A DNA stretch of 64,000 bases from Adineta vaga (lineage: Eukaryota; Animalia; Rotifera), in assembly GCA_021613535.1 (NCBI GenBank), contig CP075494.1:8928001-8992000 (forward strand), in the 5' to 3' direction. The first letter of the stretch is position 1, and the number at the start of each line of letters is the position of its first letter. A model generated the notes under the pieces. It was not told where the DNA came from and did no database searches. It saw nothing but the letters and a program-made list of their open reading frames with translations. Positions 10,745-25,187 of this stretch are shown in pieces. Made by a program: the position numbers and the translations under genes.

Positions 10745-13739
10745 TCACAAACATGTCACATTTTGACATACACAGTCGTTCGTTTCGGGTTGCTTATCAA
10801 TCGTACTGATCGCAATTATTTGTGTTGGATGGCGTTGTTGATTTGATTGTTGTCGTATAGAATTGTTTTCCATACTACCTGCAGCAGACGATGATGATAA
10901 TGACGATTTCATTCTTAATCGTCGCTTCTGTTGAACAGTTTGAGCTTTTTTCGATCTATGAGAATCAAAAAATTGAACTTTATCAATCAGAAATGTTCGT
11001 AATTTTTGTGGTCGTTTAAGACGATCAGTTAGTCGAATAAATTCAACTTGTGTTTCATTACTTCCATCTTGATCATCACTCATTTTTACCATACATGATG
11101 ATCCATCATCTTGTAAGATCTTCTTCTTAGCTTTTGATATATTATTTAATTTCGTTGATTGAGAAGGTAAAAATAATCCTGAATGTCGATAAGTATCTAA
11201 TTTTGAATAAACACCGCCATTATTATAAGCTGTTGATGGTTCATTGGATGCTTGTAATTCCAGATTACTTCTTGGTAATAATAATGAACGTTGTTTAGCG
11301 CCCCAAAATACTCCTCGACCACAAGTAAATATACCTTTAATAATAAATATAAATTTTCTTCGAAATAATTTTCCTGATAACGAATATAATAAGCAATTGG
11401 TTGATGAATTGAATAAATCAGGAAAAAGAAAGAATACTAAAGACTTTTTTATTTGTGGACATGCTGCAATTGAAACAACATATAATGTTTGACAATGATA
11501 CACCGTTAAGAATATTGGTATACCCCAAGAAATGGTGATAACAGAAAAACTTTCAATTAAAATAACAAGAAATGCACGTAAATCATTTTGTAATCGACGT
11601 TTTCGACGATTTTTTTGTGTCGTTTTCTTCAAATATTTCAAACTTTTTGAAAAATAAATAACTTTCAATGATAATAAATTGGCAAGAAAAACAATAAATG
11701 ATGGTAGAGCATTACCAAAAAAGATTGCAATCGTATGACGATTAAATCCAAATGATAATGAATGAAGAAAATTGAATAATTTCAAACAAACAGAATAAGT
11801 TAATGTAAGATGACATGAACGTTTTTCAAATAATTTTGTTATTATTTCAGATGATCCAGCTTGTTCAATATGTTTTTGTAAACCAGATGTATTTCTTGAA
11901 TATTGATGATAATTAATATTATAAGCATTGGCTAAAATATTATTCATATGATCAGCGATTGTATTATTCCCATTAGAAAGTAGTGATTGAGTTAAAGAAT
12001 AAAATTCACTGGTTAGTCTCGTCATTGAACAATCCGACTAAAGAAAAATTTTCAAATATTATCTTCATGAAATATGGAAGATTATAATAGTTTATGTAAT
12101 TTTATTTATACTTGTGGTCAGAATGTGAATATTCTTTTCTTTTGAAATGACCTACTTAAAATTTGTTATTTATTATGTATTTAATTTCAAAACTATTAAT
12201 ATAATATCTTCTTAGAATCTCCTAGAAAAGAACTGTTAATCTTGTCTATTTCTTCGATATTTTTTCAAATCCTATTGAGTTGAGACTTTTCTGATTTCTG
12301 TTAAATCAAACTGTCAATTTTTATTCATAAGATTGGTCTTTGTCGGAACAATTCTATTGACAAAGAAAATAATTCTATTCATCTGTCTATTTCTTTGTTT
12401 AATGAATAATTGATCATCAACGTATGTGAGTTCGATGTATCTAGTTCTATTTTTAGTTACAAACATCTCTAACTTTCTCATTAAGAACTCATCAAAGCTT
12501 CTACCAAATATAGCCTTAGTTCTTAGTACCACGAGGTGAATAACAATTAAATTCTCTTTGATTTTTTATATTGAAATAGATTTTCATCATAGATATTTCT
12601 ATGGGTCTCAAAACTTTCTTAGCCACTGGATTGAAGAAATCTGAGCCAAGATTAGTATTTTAATTAACGAAGGATATGTTGATAATCTTAGAATGTTGAA
12701 TGTATTCAAACTAATTTTAGAAAGTACTGTTTTTTATCCTTGAAATAATCAAGTTTTCATTTGTATCGAGTCGAAATAATAATTGCTTTCTTTGTTAAAC
12801 TTTACAATCGGGGGGAAAAAAAGGACGAGATCCATCATTTCATGGTTAGAAATGCGTCAAGATATGGATCATTTTACTTATATCTGCTCAACTATATTTA
12901 CTCTCGCTATTTAATAATGGTGAATTAATTGAAATCGTTGTTATTGTTCTTTTTTTAGTTATTATTCATCACGCAACTGTCTATCACTTCGAAACAGGAC
13001 TCATTTCTGATGAGATTTCGTTCTATACCTGATTCGATATTGTTATTGTATTCTTAGATGGATAAATCTCCAAAGATTGAATCATACAATAATATTTGCC
13101 AATGGATTCATTATAATGATTACATAGAAAATTTGTATAGAATTGTTTGGAAATTTTTTGATTCATAATTAATTGATATACGTCAGTATAAACATAGGAA
13201 TCTGTTGATTTATCACACTGAATGCCAATCCATTCGAAACAGGTTATGAGTGAAGCAATAAGTATACTCATTAAACATGCAAATAATGCACAAAAACGTG
13301 ATTCTCGATAGGATAACGAGAAAAATGTTCGAGAACGTTGAATACTTAAGATTGCTAATAGAATAGTTGATGCACGTGTCCATAAAACTTTATACAGCAT
13401 CCATTCTAAACAAAATTTACCCATAAATGAATAAATAAATTCTGTTAAATTGTGAATAATTTTTTTATTAAAAGCACATAAAAATGACGATTTATCCATC
13501 ATAAATGATTCTCGATCAAGCATTTCACTATAACCAATTAATAATGTTGTTGAATCACTGATTAATAAACAAATAAAATAAATAGCAATTGGTTTATGTA
13601 CAAATGTTTTCGATGAAAATATAACAATACAAAGAATATTGGAAATTAAACTTAGAAAATGAATTAATGGCATTATTAAACACCAGACTAATGTTGGTTG
13701 TATGAACACATTCGACGTATTTGTACGATTAATAGACAT
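10745..13739 (-). CDS. Class A-like orphan GPCR with a long Cys-containing extracellular loop 2 and a long C-terminal tail
   Basis: Exon 1 13739-13029 (TM1 SNILCI, TM2 LLISD, TM3 SIQRS) and exon 2 12037-10745 (LPSFIVFLAN, SWGIP, FNSSTNCLLYSLSGKLFRR) join across a phase-0 intron of ~990 nt: CAG|gtatag...ctttag|TCG. Confidence 0.8.
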
Positions 13740-14582
13740 TCTTTGAGAAGAATGAATCTTGTGTTATTTATTATTGTGCTCGAGTGCAAAATATTGTTGA
13801 TAAACTTTTGAAGAAAAAAAAGTGCGTCAATTTACCTTCTTGTTACCTAGAGGGAAAAGAAACATAATCACTTCATCATATTAATCTATTCATTGACGAG
13901 GTGATGAAAGACAAGCTATTAAAAAAGTCTTAAAACATGTAGACATCGTTAAAAATGATGTTACTTTCTTTCACTTCAACAAGTATTTATCTTTTCTTAA
14001 TCTAAATCTGTATCAAAAACTCTTCTCGTTTTATTTTTCGTCATATGTTTAGCGATTATCTTCACAAATCAGATCAATACGTACGAAAAGAAAATATGCG
14101 ACTAAATACACAGTGCAAACTATAATTTACTGGAAAATCATCTAGCAATCTCTTCTATCAGAATAAAGGGAAGTGAGTGGTATGAAGAACAAAAAAGTGA
14201 ACGCGATGTTGAAGATAAGTACGTCTTGAACGGATGCATCGATGTTTTCTCGACAATTAGATAGAAATAAAAACAAACTTTCCATCACTTATTACACATG
14301 CGCGAATTTCTCAGAAAAATATCGTTGCTTTATCTTTTTGTCCTGTTCTCTTTAATATCTTTCATCACGTCAAAATTATGACATCTATAATGATACAGGA
14401 CAAACTCATGTTTGCACTCTACAACATCGACAAATGTCAAAAGAAGACAAAAATTTTAAAAGTTAAATCATCCATCGTAAAGAGCTTAAATTCTCGGAAA
14501 GAAAATTAAAAATTAAAAAAAAACTTGGAGATCAAACCCTAAGTGTTATTAATAACTATATCTTGTACAATGATAACAAAGC

Positions 14583-14608
14583 ATATATATATATATATAT
14601 ATATATAT
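14583..14608. repeat. (TA)n microsatellite
   Basis: Directly visible. Similar (TA)n runs occur at ~31673-31691 and ~61390-61413. Confidence 0.9.
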
Positions 14609-17600
14609 AATTCCTTGCGGTCTCTTTGCTTAATAAATAAATATATATATATCGTATTCGGATCTAGTTCGAAATGTTTGAACCTTGTTTCATGGAAATA
14701 CTTAATCTAGGATTAATATCAAAAAGAGAAAAAATGTTTTTTTGGATGAGAAAATCGAGATACAAGAATTCGTATTGATAAGAACAAAAAATAATCATGA
14801 TCAATCTTGAGATTTTGTGGATGCGAATAGAATGTACTAAAACTAACAACATAGTACTTAGAGAGAATATTATTTATCCGATATTTTTATCAAGAAAAAT
14901 CAAACTATGCGAAGTACTTCTACTTTTCCGGAATATATTTGTATATTGTTGATAAAAGAAAAAATAACGTATACATAGGTTGATCTGACTTTCTATTTCT
15001 TCATTAGACTTGTATATAAGAGAAAACTTCTATAGACTTAATGAATGACAAGTCATTTGAAGAGATAATCGATATTGATTCTGATTGACGGACTAACTAT
15101 CTAGTATGGATTATATCAAATGCTTTTCACTGATGTCAGAGTATTTGACGTCGATCATCTGCTATTTTTATATTCAATAGAATTTGTAGCAATAATAGCT
15201 AACTGTATTTAATGTATACTATCGAATTCAAGTACTCTTATACTTATGTTACTTTTCTAACTAAAAAAAAACAAAATACATTTAGACAACTGATTACTTT
15301 TGTTTGATGTTATTCGTTTTTCCAATCTGATAAGAAGCAAAAAAAACTCTTATACTTCTTTTTCTCTTAAACAACATATTGGAATATGTAATTCTGTTCT
15401 TAAAAGACAAAATAATTCATATTTTACACATTATGAGAATTATAAATAATGCTCTATATTAAATATAAATAGTTCTAGAAAGGAATTCTGTTTTATCTCA
15501 TAGATATACATTCTGTCACATAGAATAACGACAAGTGTAAGAATAAATATAATTTGATTAGTAAATGGATGTATGTTTTATAGAAGAAAATCATTGTCGT
15601 CTAGTTTCAAATTATATACTATAATTATTCGATGTCAGCTATTATTAATATTAAAGAATTAGTCACGCCTCATATTCGAATGCTTTTTTCTCCTTCTTCC
15701 CTGGATTTTATCAACAATGAACTCAGAGAATAAACACTTAAATCCGAGAAATTCCGAGAATCTGGAAATTTTTAAGAACTACGAGAAAAACAACTGAATA
15801 TTTAATTCATCTATAAATAAAGTTATGTCAGTATGCACTTCTGACAATGTTCTCGCTTTTTTCGAACTTTCTGTTATCAATAAAGTCCATATCGATCATA
15901 TACATATTTATCTCTCTGATATTCGTGACTGGAATTATACAGAATCAACGGAAATGTTATAAATAGATGCGTATATAATGAGGGTGAATTAGTAAGAAAA
16001 TGCGACTTTAAATAATCGAAAGAATTCGCCGATCTGTATGTCAAAATTGAGGCGTTCAGTCTAAAGTTACTCATTTGTAACGAAAGATAGAAGAAAATAA
16101 CAATTTCTATGCTTACGCGTTTATTTTCATGCTACAGATGTTTATTCAAAATATAACTTATATTAATTTCTACAACGCCAATGTTTTTTCTTTCAAATGA
16201 AATCGGAGACAGTCTAATTGTTCTTTTTACGGAAATTAATATCAGTACATGAACTACGTTTAGATATAATTAGACAGAAAAAGGACAAAGTTGATAGAGC
16301 GAAGAAAATAGACTTAATTTGATAAAACTTACGATTTGGTCTGCTACTTAATTGTATAAACTGATGATATTCGGATAGAGCTTTTAAAATATATGATTTG
16401 TCTCGTAGAAAAAAGTAGTAGATAAGAAATGTCGAAAACATAAGCTAAACGAGACTAATATCAACATGACAAGAAGTTTCTTATGTTACTCATAATAGAT
16501 TTCTCAGAAAAGTCACGTAGAAAAGTATGATATTATGAATGTTGTATTAAGTATAACTGATAAAGTAAAATCTATTATAGATTACTAATGATGTAGTTTA
16601 TCTCTTCTCTAGATGTTTGTTTTCTAAGGTTAGTAAAACCTCACACAAACAGATTATGAATGCCACATATGCCGAATCATTTTACCTTATACACGCGATT
16701 AGAAGAAGGAAAAATTAATATTTCTCGAGAAAAAAAGGAAGTTAATAAAAAAACCTATATAAAGACTTTAATATTAGGAACATTGAATGAATTTTCATCT
16801 CGGAAATGTTCGAGAACATATTTACAGTTCAATTTTGCTAATTTTCTAACATGAATTTTTACGTGTTCGTTTTCACAAATGAATGTGAAATCTGTTTCTT
16901 ATCTAAAACAAAAAGAAACTATTCGATGAAAGTTGTGCGTTTTGTTTGTTCTTCAGTTATGTTAAATACCTCAATTAGAAACCTCGTTTTTTTCTCTCTT
17001 AACTCAGAATCATCATAACAATGTACTTACAAAACTGCACACGAGATGTCATCAAAACTAGGAAATGATATTTCTCTCGTATATTTATGATAGTATTAAT
17101 TTCGCAACCGATAGAATGTTCATATATTAACATTTTAATTATGATTAATTATTAGGGGAGAAAATGTCGATCTCGAACTTTGTTCCTAGGTAATTTGGAA
17201 AACAAGGTTACTGTACCAACTGCAGAAAAGCGAATACTAGACTTACATCTATTTTAGACATTGAAAACATAATTGCAGATCAGATTTCTACGGGTAAAAT
17301 AAAGAATTTACTCGTAATATCAAATCTTTTTTCTAATACTTCATCCAGAAGGAATATACTTTTCATAAAAGTCTCTGAAAAAACCTACTTTTTTTTCATT
17401 AGTAATCATTGTTCACTTTGTTTGAAATTGTAAAAGATAATGACTTATTCAAAATTTTCAAATCTCTAATTTAGAATACAATTGAATGCAGATTAATTTG
17501 AAAATAATCATATTCTTTACTGACAATGAAACAAAAGTCAAACTTCACTGTTCTTGTTTTCAATTTAGAACTTGTCGAAAGAAACTTTCCAACAGATTAT

Positions 17601-19834
17601 ATCGACTAAAATATACTAATTCACCCGGCATCAATCAAAAAAGCGCAAATATTCTCATTTAACGTAAATAATCTTGGTCTGTTTACTTGATTTTTCTTAC
17701 CTTTTCTACAAAGAAATGATTATCTATGCATGAGATTCAATGATTCTAATGGAGAAAGAAAAGAAAAGGATATAGTGAGCTTGAAGACATAGTTTATTAT
17801 CAATTACGTTTGAAAATAAATACCTTTGACGAATTTTATGAGATGAAGAATGACAAATTGACTTCTTTTAATAGAAGTTCGCGATAACACTAGTGCGTGT
17901 GAATTTGTATCTTAGCCAGAAGATTTGACAGAAATTTTATTTATTAACGTACGTGTCTAATGATGACAAGGAAAGATTGAAGGCTCGGATAAAGTACCTA
18001 ATAATTAAGTCATCAAAAAATCCATTGGAAAGTAGAGAAATACAAAGGAAATGTTCGGTTTTTGTTTTGTAATTATCAATCTATATAAGATCTTATCAAA
18101 AACATACCCATGTTAGGTCATGATGAACCTAATCGATGACTTATCTTTCAAATGAAATACTTTGTTCTTTCTATTCATACGAGAAAACGATCATATGAAT
18201 CCTCTGAACTATTCTATATGCTTTTTTTATTGCTTTATAAGGTAGTTTTCTTTTTGTTTCCTTTAATGTATTTACTGAACATAAAAAATGAATGATTAAT
18301 AAATCACTTGACAATGTAAAAATCTTTTGAATTTCTAATGATAGACTATAAGAACAGATGTTAACATTTATATTCATATACATCCGATTTTTGGAAATTA
18401 GATAGACTATTCTCTGATTACTTTTTCATATATTATATTACGTATATCGAAGAACACGCATAAAGATTCGATTTGACTTTTCTAAAGATTAATTCATGAG
18501 AATTTCTCTTCGCGGATCAAAATTGTCACTGGATATTCAGCGATGATATTGCATTCTTCATTAAAATGATATATACACATGCGTGATTATCTAGAAAATA
18601 GTTAGGGTTCTCTATTTGAGCTCGTAGACAAGAAATTGTCTAGATCGGAAATAATTAATCAATTCTTTTGATAGATGAAAACCAAATGACTACGTGCACT
18701 ATAAATGAATTACATTCAAATAGTTTTCTCGTTCAAAACATGTTCTACAAATTATTCAGATGAGAACCTATTCACATACTTTAAAATCAGCATTATACCG
18801 TGTTTCAAATGAGTAATATGTCAACAGAAATTAATTGTAAAGATGATTGGCTGAAAGTAATAATTGAGCGCGGATAGTTTTTATATACATCCAAGATATT
18901 TGTTTTTATTTCATACATTTTTATTGGAGAATTTCAACGACAGATTTACATCAAATTATCCGTCAGGTTAAATTGCATCTGTTACAAACTTATGAGCTTT
19001 TCTTTCGTAAATTAGTATGTGTATTGAGTAGAACCATCTGCTCACATTTTTCTAAACAGAATTAACAACGGTCAATGAGGGAAGTGCCATCATTTTTTAA
19101 ATTTGATATAGAATCTATTTAGCTTAGAAATAGTTAGACAATTATCCTAAGATAGTTTTTAGAGAAATGAAACCAATCAAGAAGTTGAGTAGCATATTTT
19201 TTGCGACCGTCCTGTGCGTTTGTTTTTTTTTGTAATATGTGACCGATTGACCGTTTCTTCCTTCTTCTCTAAAGTGCAATTATGCGCAGTGAACAATGAA
19301 AGTGTAGATAAAACGAGCTTCTATTTCGCCAAGAGACATATCTACATAATTGATGATACAGATCATCTTTGTTCACATTGATATTGAGATTCTATTTAAA
19401 ATCTCTTCTGATTATTTTATATCTGAATAATTTTTTATATAGATTACAAGAACATATTCATAAATTTTTCTTTTTCTTCTATCGTGAACAACGCAACACA
19501 TGTACCGGACGAATATAAATGAATCATCTTCGATATTCTGAAGAGGAAGAGACAGGAAGAGAAGAGAAAAATGAGTGAAATGTTCGTCCATTCTGACGCA
19601 TGGAAAGGCGATAGAGAAGAAAGAGAGAATAAAGGGTACATAGCAAATGTAAAGATTTATTTCAGCCTATACCATACGAGAGAGAGAGAAAAAGACAGAG
19701 GAACATTCGTTTAACAAAATAAGGTATGGAGAACAAAAAGAGATACATTAGTTTTGTACGATATGTTTCAATTTACACACGTTTACTTTGCTACTTTCAG
19801 ATATTTACAAAATTATTTCTTAAATATTTTCTAA

Positions 19835-20226
19835 ATGGCTTTATTGATCAACTATCCATCGTTATTAATTCTTCTTTTGGGCTGTGTTAAATTGGCAGCG
19901 GCGGATATGTATTATGTTGGTCCAACAATTGGTGGTATCATTGCTTTGGTTCGTAATAAAATAAATGAATTTCTTATTTAAGAAAAACATTTTTTTCTTT
20001 TGTTAATTAAAGATTATTCTTATTTTGGATATTATTGCTGCTGTTGAAATTCTTCGATCAGGAAAATCAATAGTTGAAAAACTTCTTTGGATTCTCTTCA
20101 TCGTTTTATTTCCACTTATTGGTATGAAGAAGAATGAAAACTATTATTTAATCTATCACTGAATTTCTTTCTTTAGGTTTGATTGTTTATTTACTCTGTG
20201 GTCGTGCTCGAGCTGTTGATCTTTAA
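19835..20226 (+). CDS. 90-aa PLDc_N (cardiolipin-synthase N-terminal-like) membrane microprotein with signal peptide; not in the ORF track
   Basis: Exons 19835-19948, 20013-20121 and 20177-20226 with GT-AG introns of 64 and 55 nt. Translation: MALLINYPSLLILLLGCVKLAAADMYYVGPTIGGIIALIILILDIIAAVEILRSGKSIVEKLLWILFIVLFPLIGLIVYLLCGRARAVDL. AATAAA at ~20322. Confidence 0.85.
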
Positions 20227-22727
20227 ACTAATCAATAATCTGTGACAATTTCATACTATAATCGAATTCATGTAGATCTTTGACTCATTCTGTTTTCTGT
20301 TTATTCAAGCTCATGTTTGCAAATAAAATAAAGTGTTAAAAGTTGTGACATTGAATAGTTTCTATTTTGCTTCATTCGTTTTCAAATTAAGATTCATTCG
20401 CATTGAAAATTAGTTAGAATACTACATACGAGGAAATTTATCTTTGTTGTGAGAAAGTAAAAGGAAAAAAAAAGTACTTATTCTTAGTTCTTTTTATAGC
20501 ACATGATATTAGTCATTTTACGTCATCAGTTCACATAGTATGAATTTATTGAATAAATGACTCAATCTCTATTCTAACCTTGACGAAATAATAAGATTTC
20601 GTCTTTAATTATCGAACGCATGGCTTAGCATTCAGATACTAAGGAAATATACAGAACTATTGTTTGTTTTGTATACGGTAAAAGTTTGATGATTGTATGA
20701 TGAAGTAAGACTAATTTGTTATGTTTTATATTACGCGATAGATGCAATGTTCACAAATGGATTGTTAGTATTTCAAATTGAACTAAATGTGAAGATTGCT
20801 CTAGGGAAATGTAGACCTTTGATTATTTTTTGTAATAAGAAATTCTGTTGATTGATAAGTGAAACATAGAGAATAAGCTGGTTTTCATTTGTTCAATTGT
20901 ATAACGGCGTAAAATGTAATCAAGTTCTTCTGCATTTATCTCAATATTTGTTTACTAAAATGTCATTTTATCCTATTTTCCCTCATTCTACCAGTTAGTT
21001 ATCAGAGCGGAGTGTGATTTTTTTCATAGTTATATCATTTTCCTATAGAAATGAGGTGACAAAATGATTCAATCACGAGTCTGGTACAAACTGATAGTTT
21101 GAAGACATTAATTCTCTATCTATAAGGTAAGTACAAATTATTTTGTTTGAATAACTTTAGTTTGTAGAAATATATTGTCTTGTTTTCTAATACGTCTTCT
21201 TCCATAAAGTCGAATTTAATATACTGAATACTGTGAACAATCAGAGTCTAAGTGAATTGCGTCGACTTCGACTTTTTGTTTTCAATAGATTCGTAACGTC
21301 CGTCGTTTCGAAGATGTATCTTCTATGCGTCATCCAACACGAATAGTTTAGAATATAATCAACTGTGTATTTTCATGATGTTTCTCTTGTTATTCAGTTA
21401 TTTACGCTCGATTTTGCTCTCAATGTTTTTTTTCGTAGTATATAAAATATTCACATTTAAATAATACTCGTTACATTTTAACAGAAACTTCAACTAGAAT
21501 ATTTTTTTGAGATTGGTAGATGTTATTCATATAAATAAAGAGTATTACAAGATCAATCTTCTGAAAGAAGAAAAGTAAGTAAGTTTAAGTTTTAAGTCCA
21601 GATATTTTGAGTCTTCCTTTCTTCATCTCTCACAGTCGAGGTTCTATTATGAATAGATTACAATAGCATATGGATTACGTGACTTTTACATTCGATTACT
21701 AGAGCGGCGGCGCTTATTCAATGCATTGATTCTATTCAACTTCATGAAACTTCATCTATAATTGCTTTAACGTAGTTATAAAATAAACATCGATACTATG
21801 AGATTCCTACATAACTGTTCTACAGTTCATCCTATTGAATATTGACTATATATTTGCATTATCAGTCAAATAAACTAACTGATCATCTTAATAAAACCAC
21901 ATTCAATATCTGTTCATTTTTTTAAGCATACGTCTGGTTGATTACGTCAATTAATATTCACATATTAGTTCATGCTGTTTGAAGTTCAAAGGTAATATTT
22001 TTTAATAGTAATATTTACTCGGATGTTTAAAAAGCGTTGAAAAATCTCGTTAATCTTTGTTAATAAATAAGATTACTTACGGACGTACGTATATCCATCC
22101 AGAGGTGAAAATACGTCAATTGATATCCTTCGGAAGTATTTATTAAGACGGCGAGTAAAAATCTGCCAGTGAATTTAGCTGAAAAGTACGAGTTTAGAAC
22201 TTTAAAGAATATTTATACTAACATATTTAGTTTGTTATTAGTCATAATTGATGAGATTTGAAGAATATGCTGGTGTGTACAATAGATCTATTGACATTTT
22301 TTGACCGAAATAAAAAAAAGACTAGGACTAAGGCTAATAAATTATACTAATAATAACATGTCGTACGATGACGACTGCATGTTATCACTAAAAATAGCCT
22401 TACTGGCAGATGTCTTTATAAATAAATAATGAAAAGGTGGATTTTGACAAAGTCAGATTATACATCGTATTAAATTAAAGAAACTTCTTAAATAATAATA
22501 CAATCTTTTATTAGATATGACGTCTACAAATGCTCATTTGATCTCTTTTTGTCATTATACGAAAACTTATTTGATCGTTTGAATGCGAATCACAATCTAG
22601 GATTGATGTGTATATTTTAGTATTAGATTTAATCAAGACAATGGTTATTCTCCTTGAGTGTGTAAAAAAGAAACCAAAAGAACATATATTTTTTATACAA
22701 AAATAAAATTGAAGGAAATGAATAAAT

Positions 22728-23159
22728 TTATTTGAATTTATGAACTTTTCCTTTCTGAGACATTAAATCAAACGTTTGATTGTCATCAAGATTTGGATAT
22801 GCAAAAAATGTATCTAACGCTGATTCAATATTTTCTTCCAGAACAGTTGAAAGTTTTTGTGTTGGTGATAAAATTCGTGTTTCATAGATAAGTCGACGTA
22901 AAACAGATTCATCTTTTTTATTGAATTTTTTCACATCTTCCAATGATTTTTCAATTGCTTCGTTTGTAACAAATGCTTTAGCTCGTTTATCATGAACTAG
23001 AACATTAAGTAAAGAATGTACAATTGGATTGGAATCAATATTCGAAGAATAACGACGGAGAGCTATATCCACTTTTTTGTGTACAGATGAAACGGGAATA
23101 TAGCATTGTACTTGCAAATAGCTAGTAATTATTAATAACCAAAGTGTACGAAATAACAT
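22728..23159 (-). CDS. Secreted 143-aa protein of unknown function
   Basis: Single exon with signal peptide MLFRTLWLLIITSYLQVQC and a TATA-like TTTATAAAT ~60 nt upstream. Confidence 0.6.
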   Translation of the reverse strand: MLFRTLWLLIITSYLQVQCYIPVSSVHKKVDIALRRYSSNIDSNPIVHSLLNVLVHDKRAKAFVTNEAIEKSLEDVKKFNKKDESVLRRLIYETRILSPTQKLSTVLEENIESALDTFFAYPNLDDNQTFDLMSQKGKVHKFK

Positions 23160-23730
23160 TCTAGTTCTTCAATAGTCGAAGTTGTAAATGCTGCTAGAGA
23201 GGAAGAAAATCGACCGTATTTATAAAGAGTAAGTTTTAATTAGAAGAAAAAGCTAGACAGATGTATTTTGTAGGCGTTCATTATTATGACATTGATATGT
23301 TCTGTGTTTCTCCACCTAGTTCATGGAACGGAAAAGGAGAAAAAAATCAGGACAGATATTATTTTTTCCTTTTATCATAGAAATAATAGAACCAGTGACT
23401 CATGTTTGTCTAAAACCATTGAAATACTAATGAAAACAGATCATCAATTTAATAGGTATTATAATGAAGACTTTCTATGTAAGTAATGACTTTGAATATA
23501 AATCATGTTACATTTCGAAACTCAAAATATCTATTCAGTTCTTCTCTATTTCCAAAGAAGTAATTGTAAAATTAATATTACTTGTTTTTTTCTCTTCAAC
23601 TAATAAGATGAATTACCGGTATTTTTAACATTTCATCAATCTTGTTAGACATCATTACCTCTACCTACACTGAAAAGCTGTAAACTATTATTTTGAAAAT
23701 TCTTTTGACATATTTTTATCAATTACGTGA

Positions 23731-25187
23731 CTAAACAAAATAAGATGCGAGTTCATTTTGAGGTAAACATGCATCAGCTCCTGTTGGACGATCAATTTTC
23801 TTATGTTTATCTATTACTTTCCAATCAGTTGTATAGATAAATTGTACTAATTTACAATATTTATTAACACTTGTTTCTTTAGTTAATAACCATTGACGCA
23901 TTGTTGCATCGATACCTAAAATTTCATCAGCTAAACGAAGATTTTCCGTTAAAGATCGTTCGACAATTCCTAATGACTAAAACAATTTGAATGATTTGAT
24001 TAACTTGAATTTATTGTTGACACTTACTGAATATTTATTTGCTGGTAATTGTCTAAACCATAAATATTCATTATAAGCTGTGTCATTATTTGATAAATAC
24101 TTTAAATAATCAGCACAATCTTTCACAGATTTAAAATCATAAATATTAATATAGGAATGTTTTGGTGCAAAGCGTGTATAATCTGGTTTACCATTTCGAC
24201 TAGCTACAATTGGTATCGATGTAGATGCGAATGCCTCAATTAATTTTTCAGTTACATAATCTTTACAATTAGAATTTTCAATGGCCAAAACGAACTTATA
24301 TGATGAATATAAAACCGAATTTGATTCTTGACGTTTTTTTATATTATCTAATTTAATAGTATTGAGACATCTACCATACGAATCTACTTGAATATATGAC
24401 ATTAATTTTTTGATAAATGTCTGACGACCATTATAAGCATTACTAAATTCAAATGATTTTCTACTTCTTATCATAAGTATAGAAATTATACTTACCAATT
24501 TGAAATAATCCAAACAATTGATGCAGTTGTTCTTTTATTCGCAAAAGGTATTTGAGCTGGTGCGAACAATTGATTTAGATATATTTCTAGATTGAAATAG
24601 GTGGCCGGTGCAGGATATGATTGTTCAAGATTGTACCACATAGGAAAATCAATAAGATGCCAATATTGACCATTTGATGAATGTACTTCACTTTCAAGAA
24701 TATAAACAGTAGAAAATTGTTGTTTTTGATCATTTCGTATCAGTTGAGGTAGATTTTTCCATGGCAGATGAATAGAATGATAAGCAAGCAGATCTGCTTG
24801 TTTTAAATATGATTGATCAGCAGTCCATCGAATATGAAGTGTTGGTAGACGAGAACAACGTTGAATAAAATGTAAACGAATAGTTTGATTTACGATTGAA
24901 TCAAATTTTGATTGACAATATTCAGGAGTTATATGAGAAAAATTACCTAAAATGAAATTGATATTTTCATAATTCAATTACTGATATTTACATTGAATTT
25001 GATCATGTTCTTGGAATATATGCTGTTTGGCAGTCCAGTCCAAAATAAGAAATTGTTGTTGCTGTTGTTGATAGTTCTTATGTATCGAATCTTCTTGTTC
25101 AAGATGGAATTGAGAGAAAAGATAAATATTGAATAAAATAATATTTATGAGAAAAAGGAGTACGAAATATTTCAATGATTTGTACAT
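23731..25187 (-). CDS. Alpha-(1,3)-fucosyltransferase (GT10), type II membrane protein
   Basis: Four exons with an N-terminal TM. Motifs WIISNC, VDSYGRC, and the GT10 motif YKFVLAIENSNCKDYVTEKL. Confidence 0.92.

Noticed and set aside
17289-17316. Hairpin tacgggtaaa...tttactcgta as a possible Helitron 3' end
   Set aside because: No CTRR terminus at the expected spacing and no second copy seen.
14664-19641. Several 60-75 aa ORFs in the long intergenic region
   Set aside because: They are F/I/L/K-rich translations of AT-rich DNA with no motifs or consistent splice structure.
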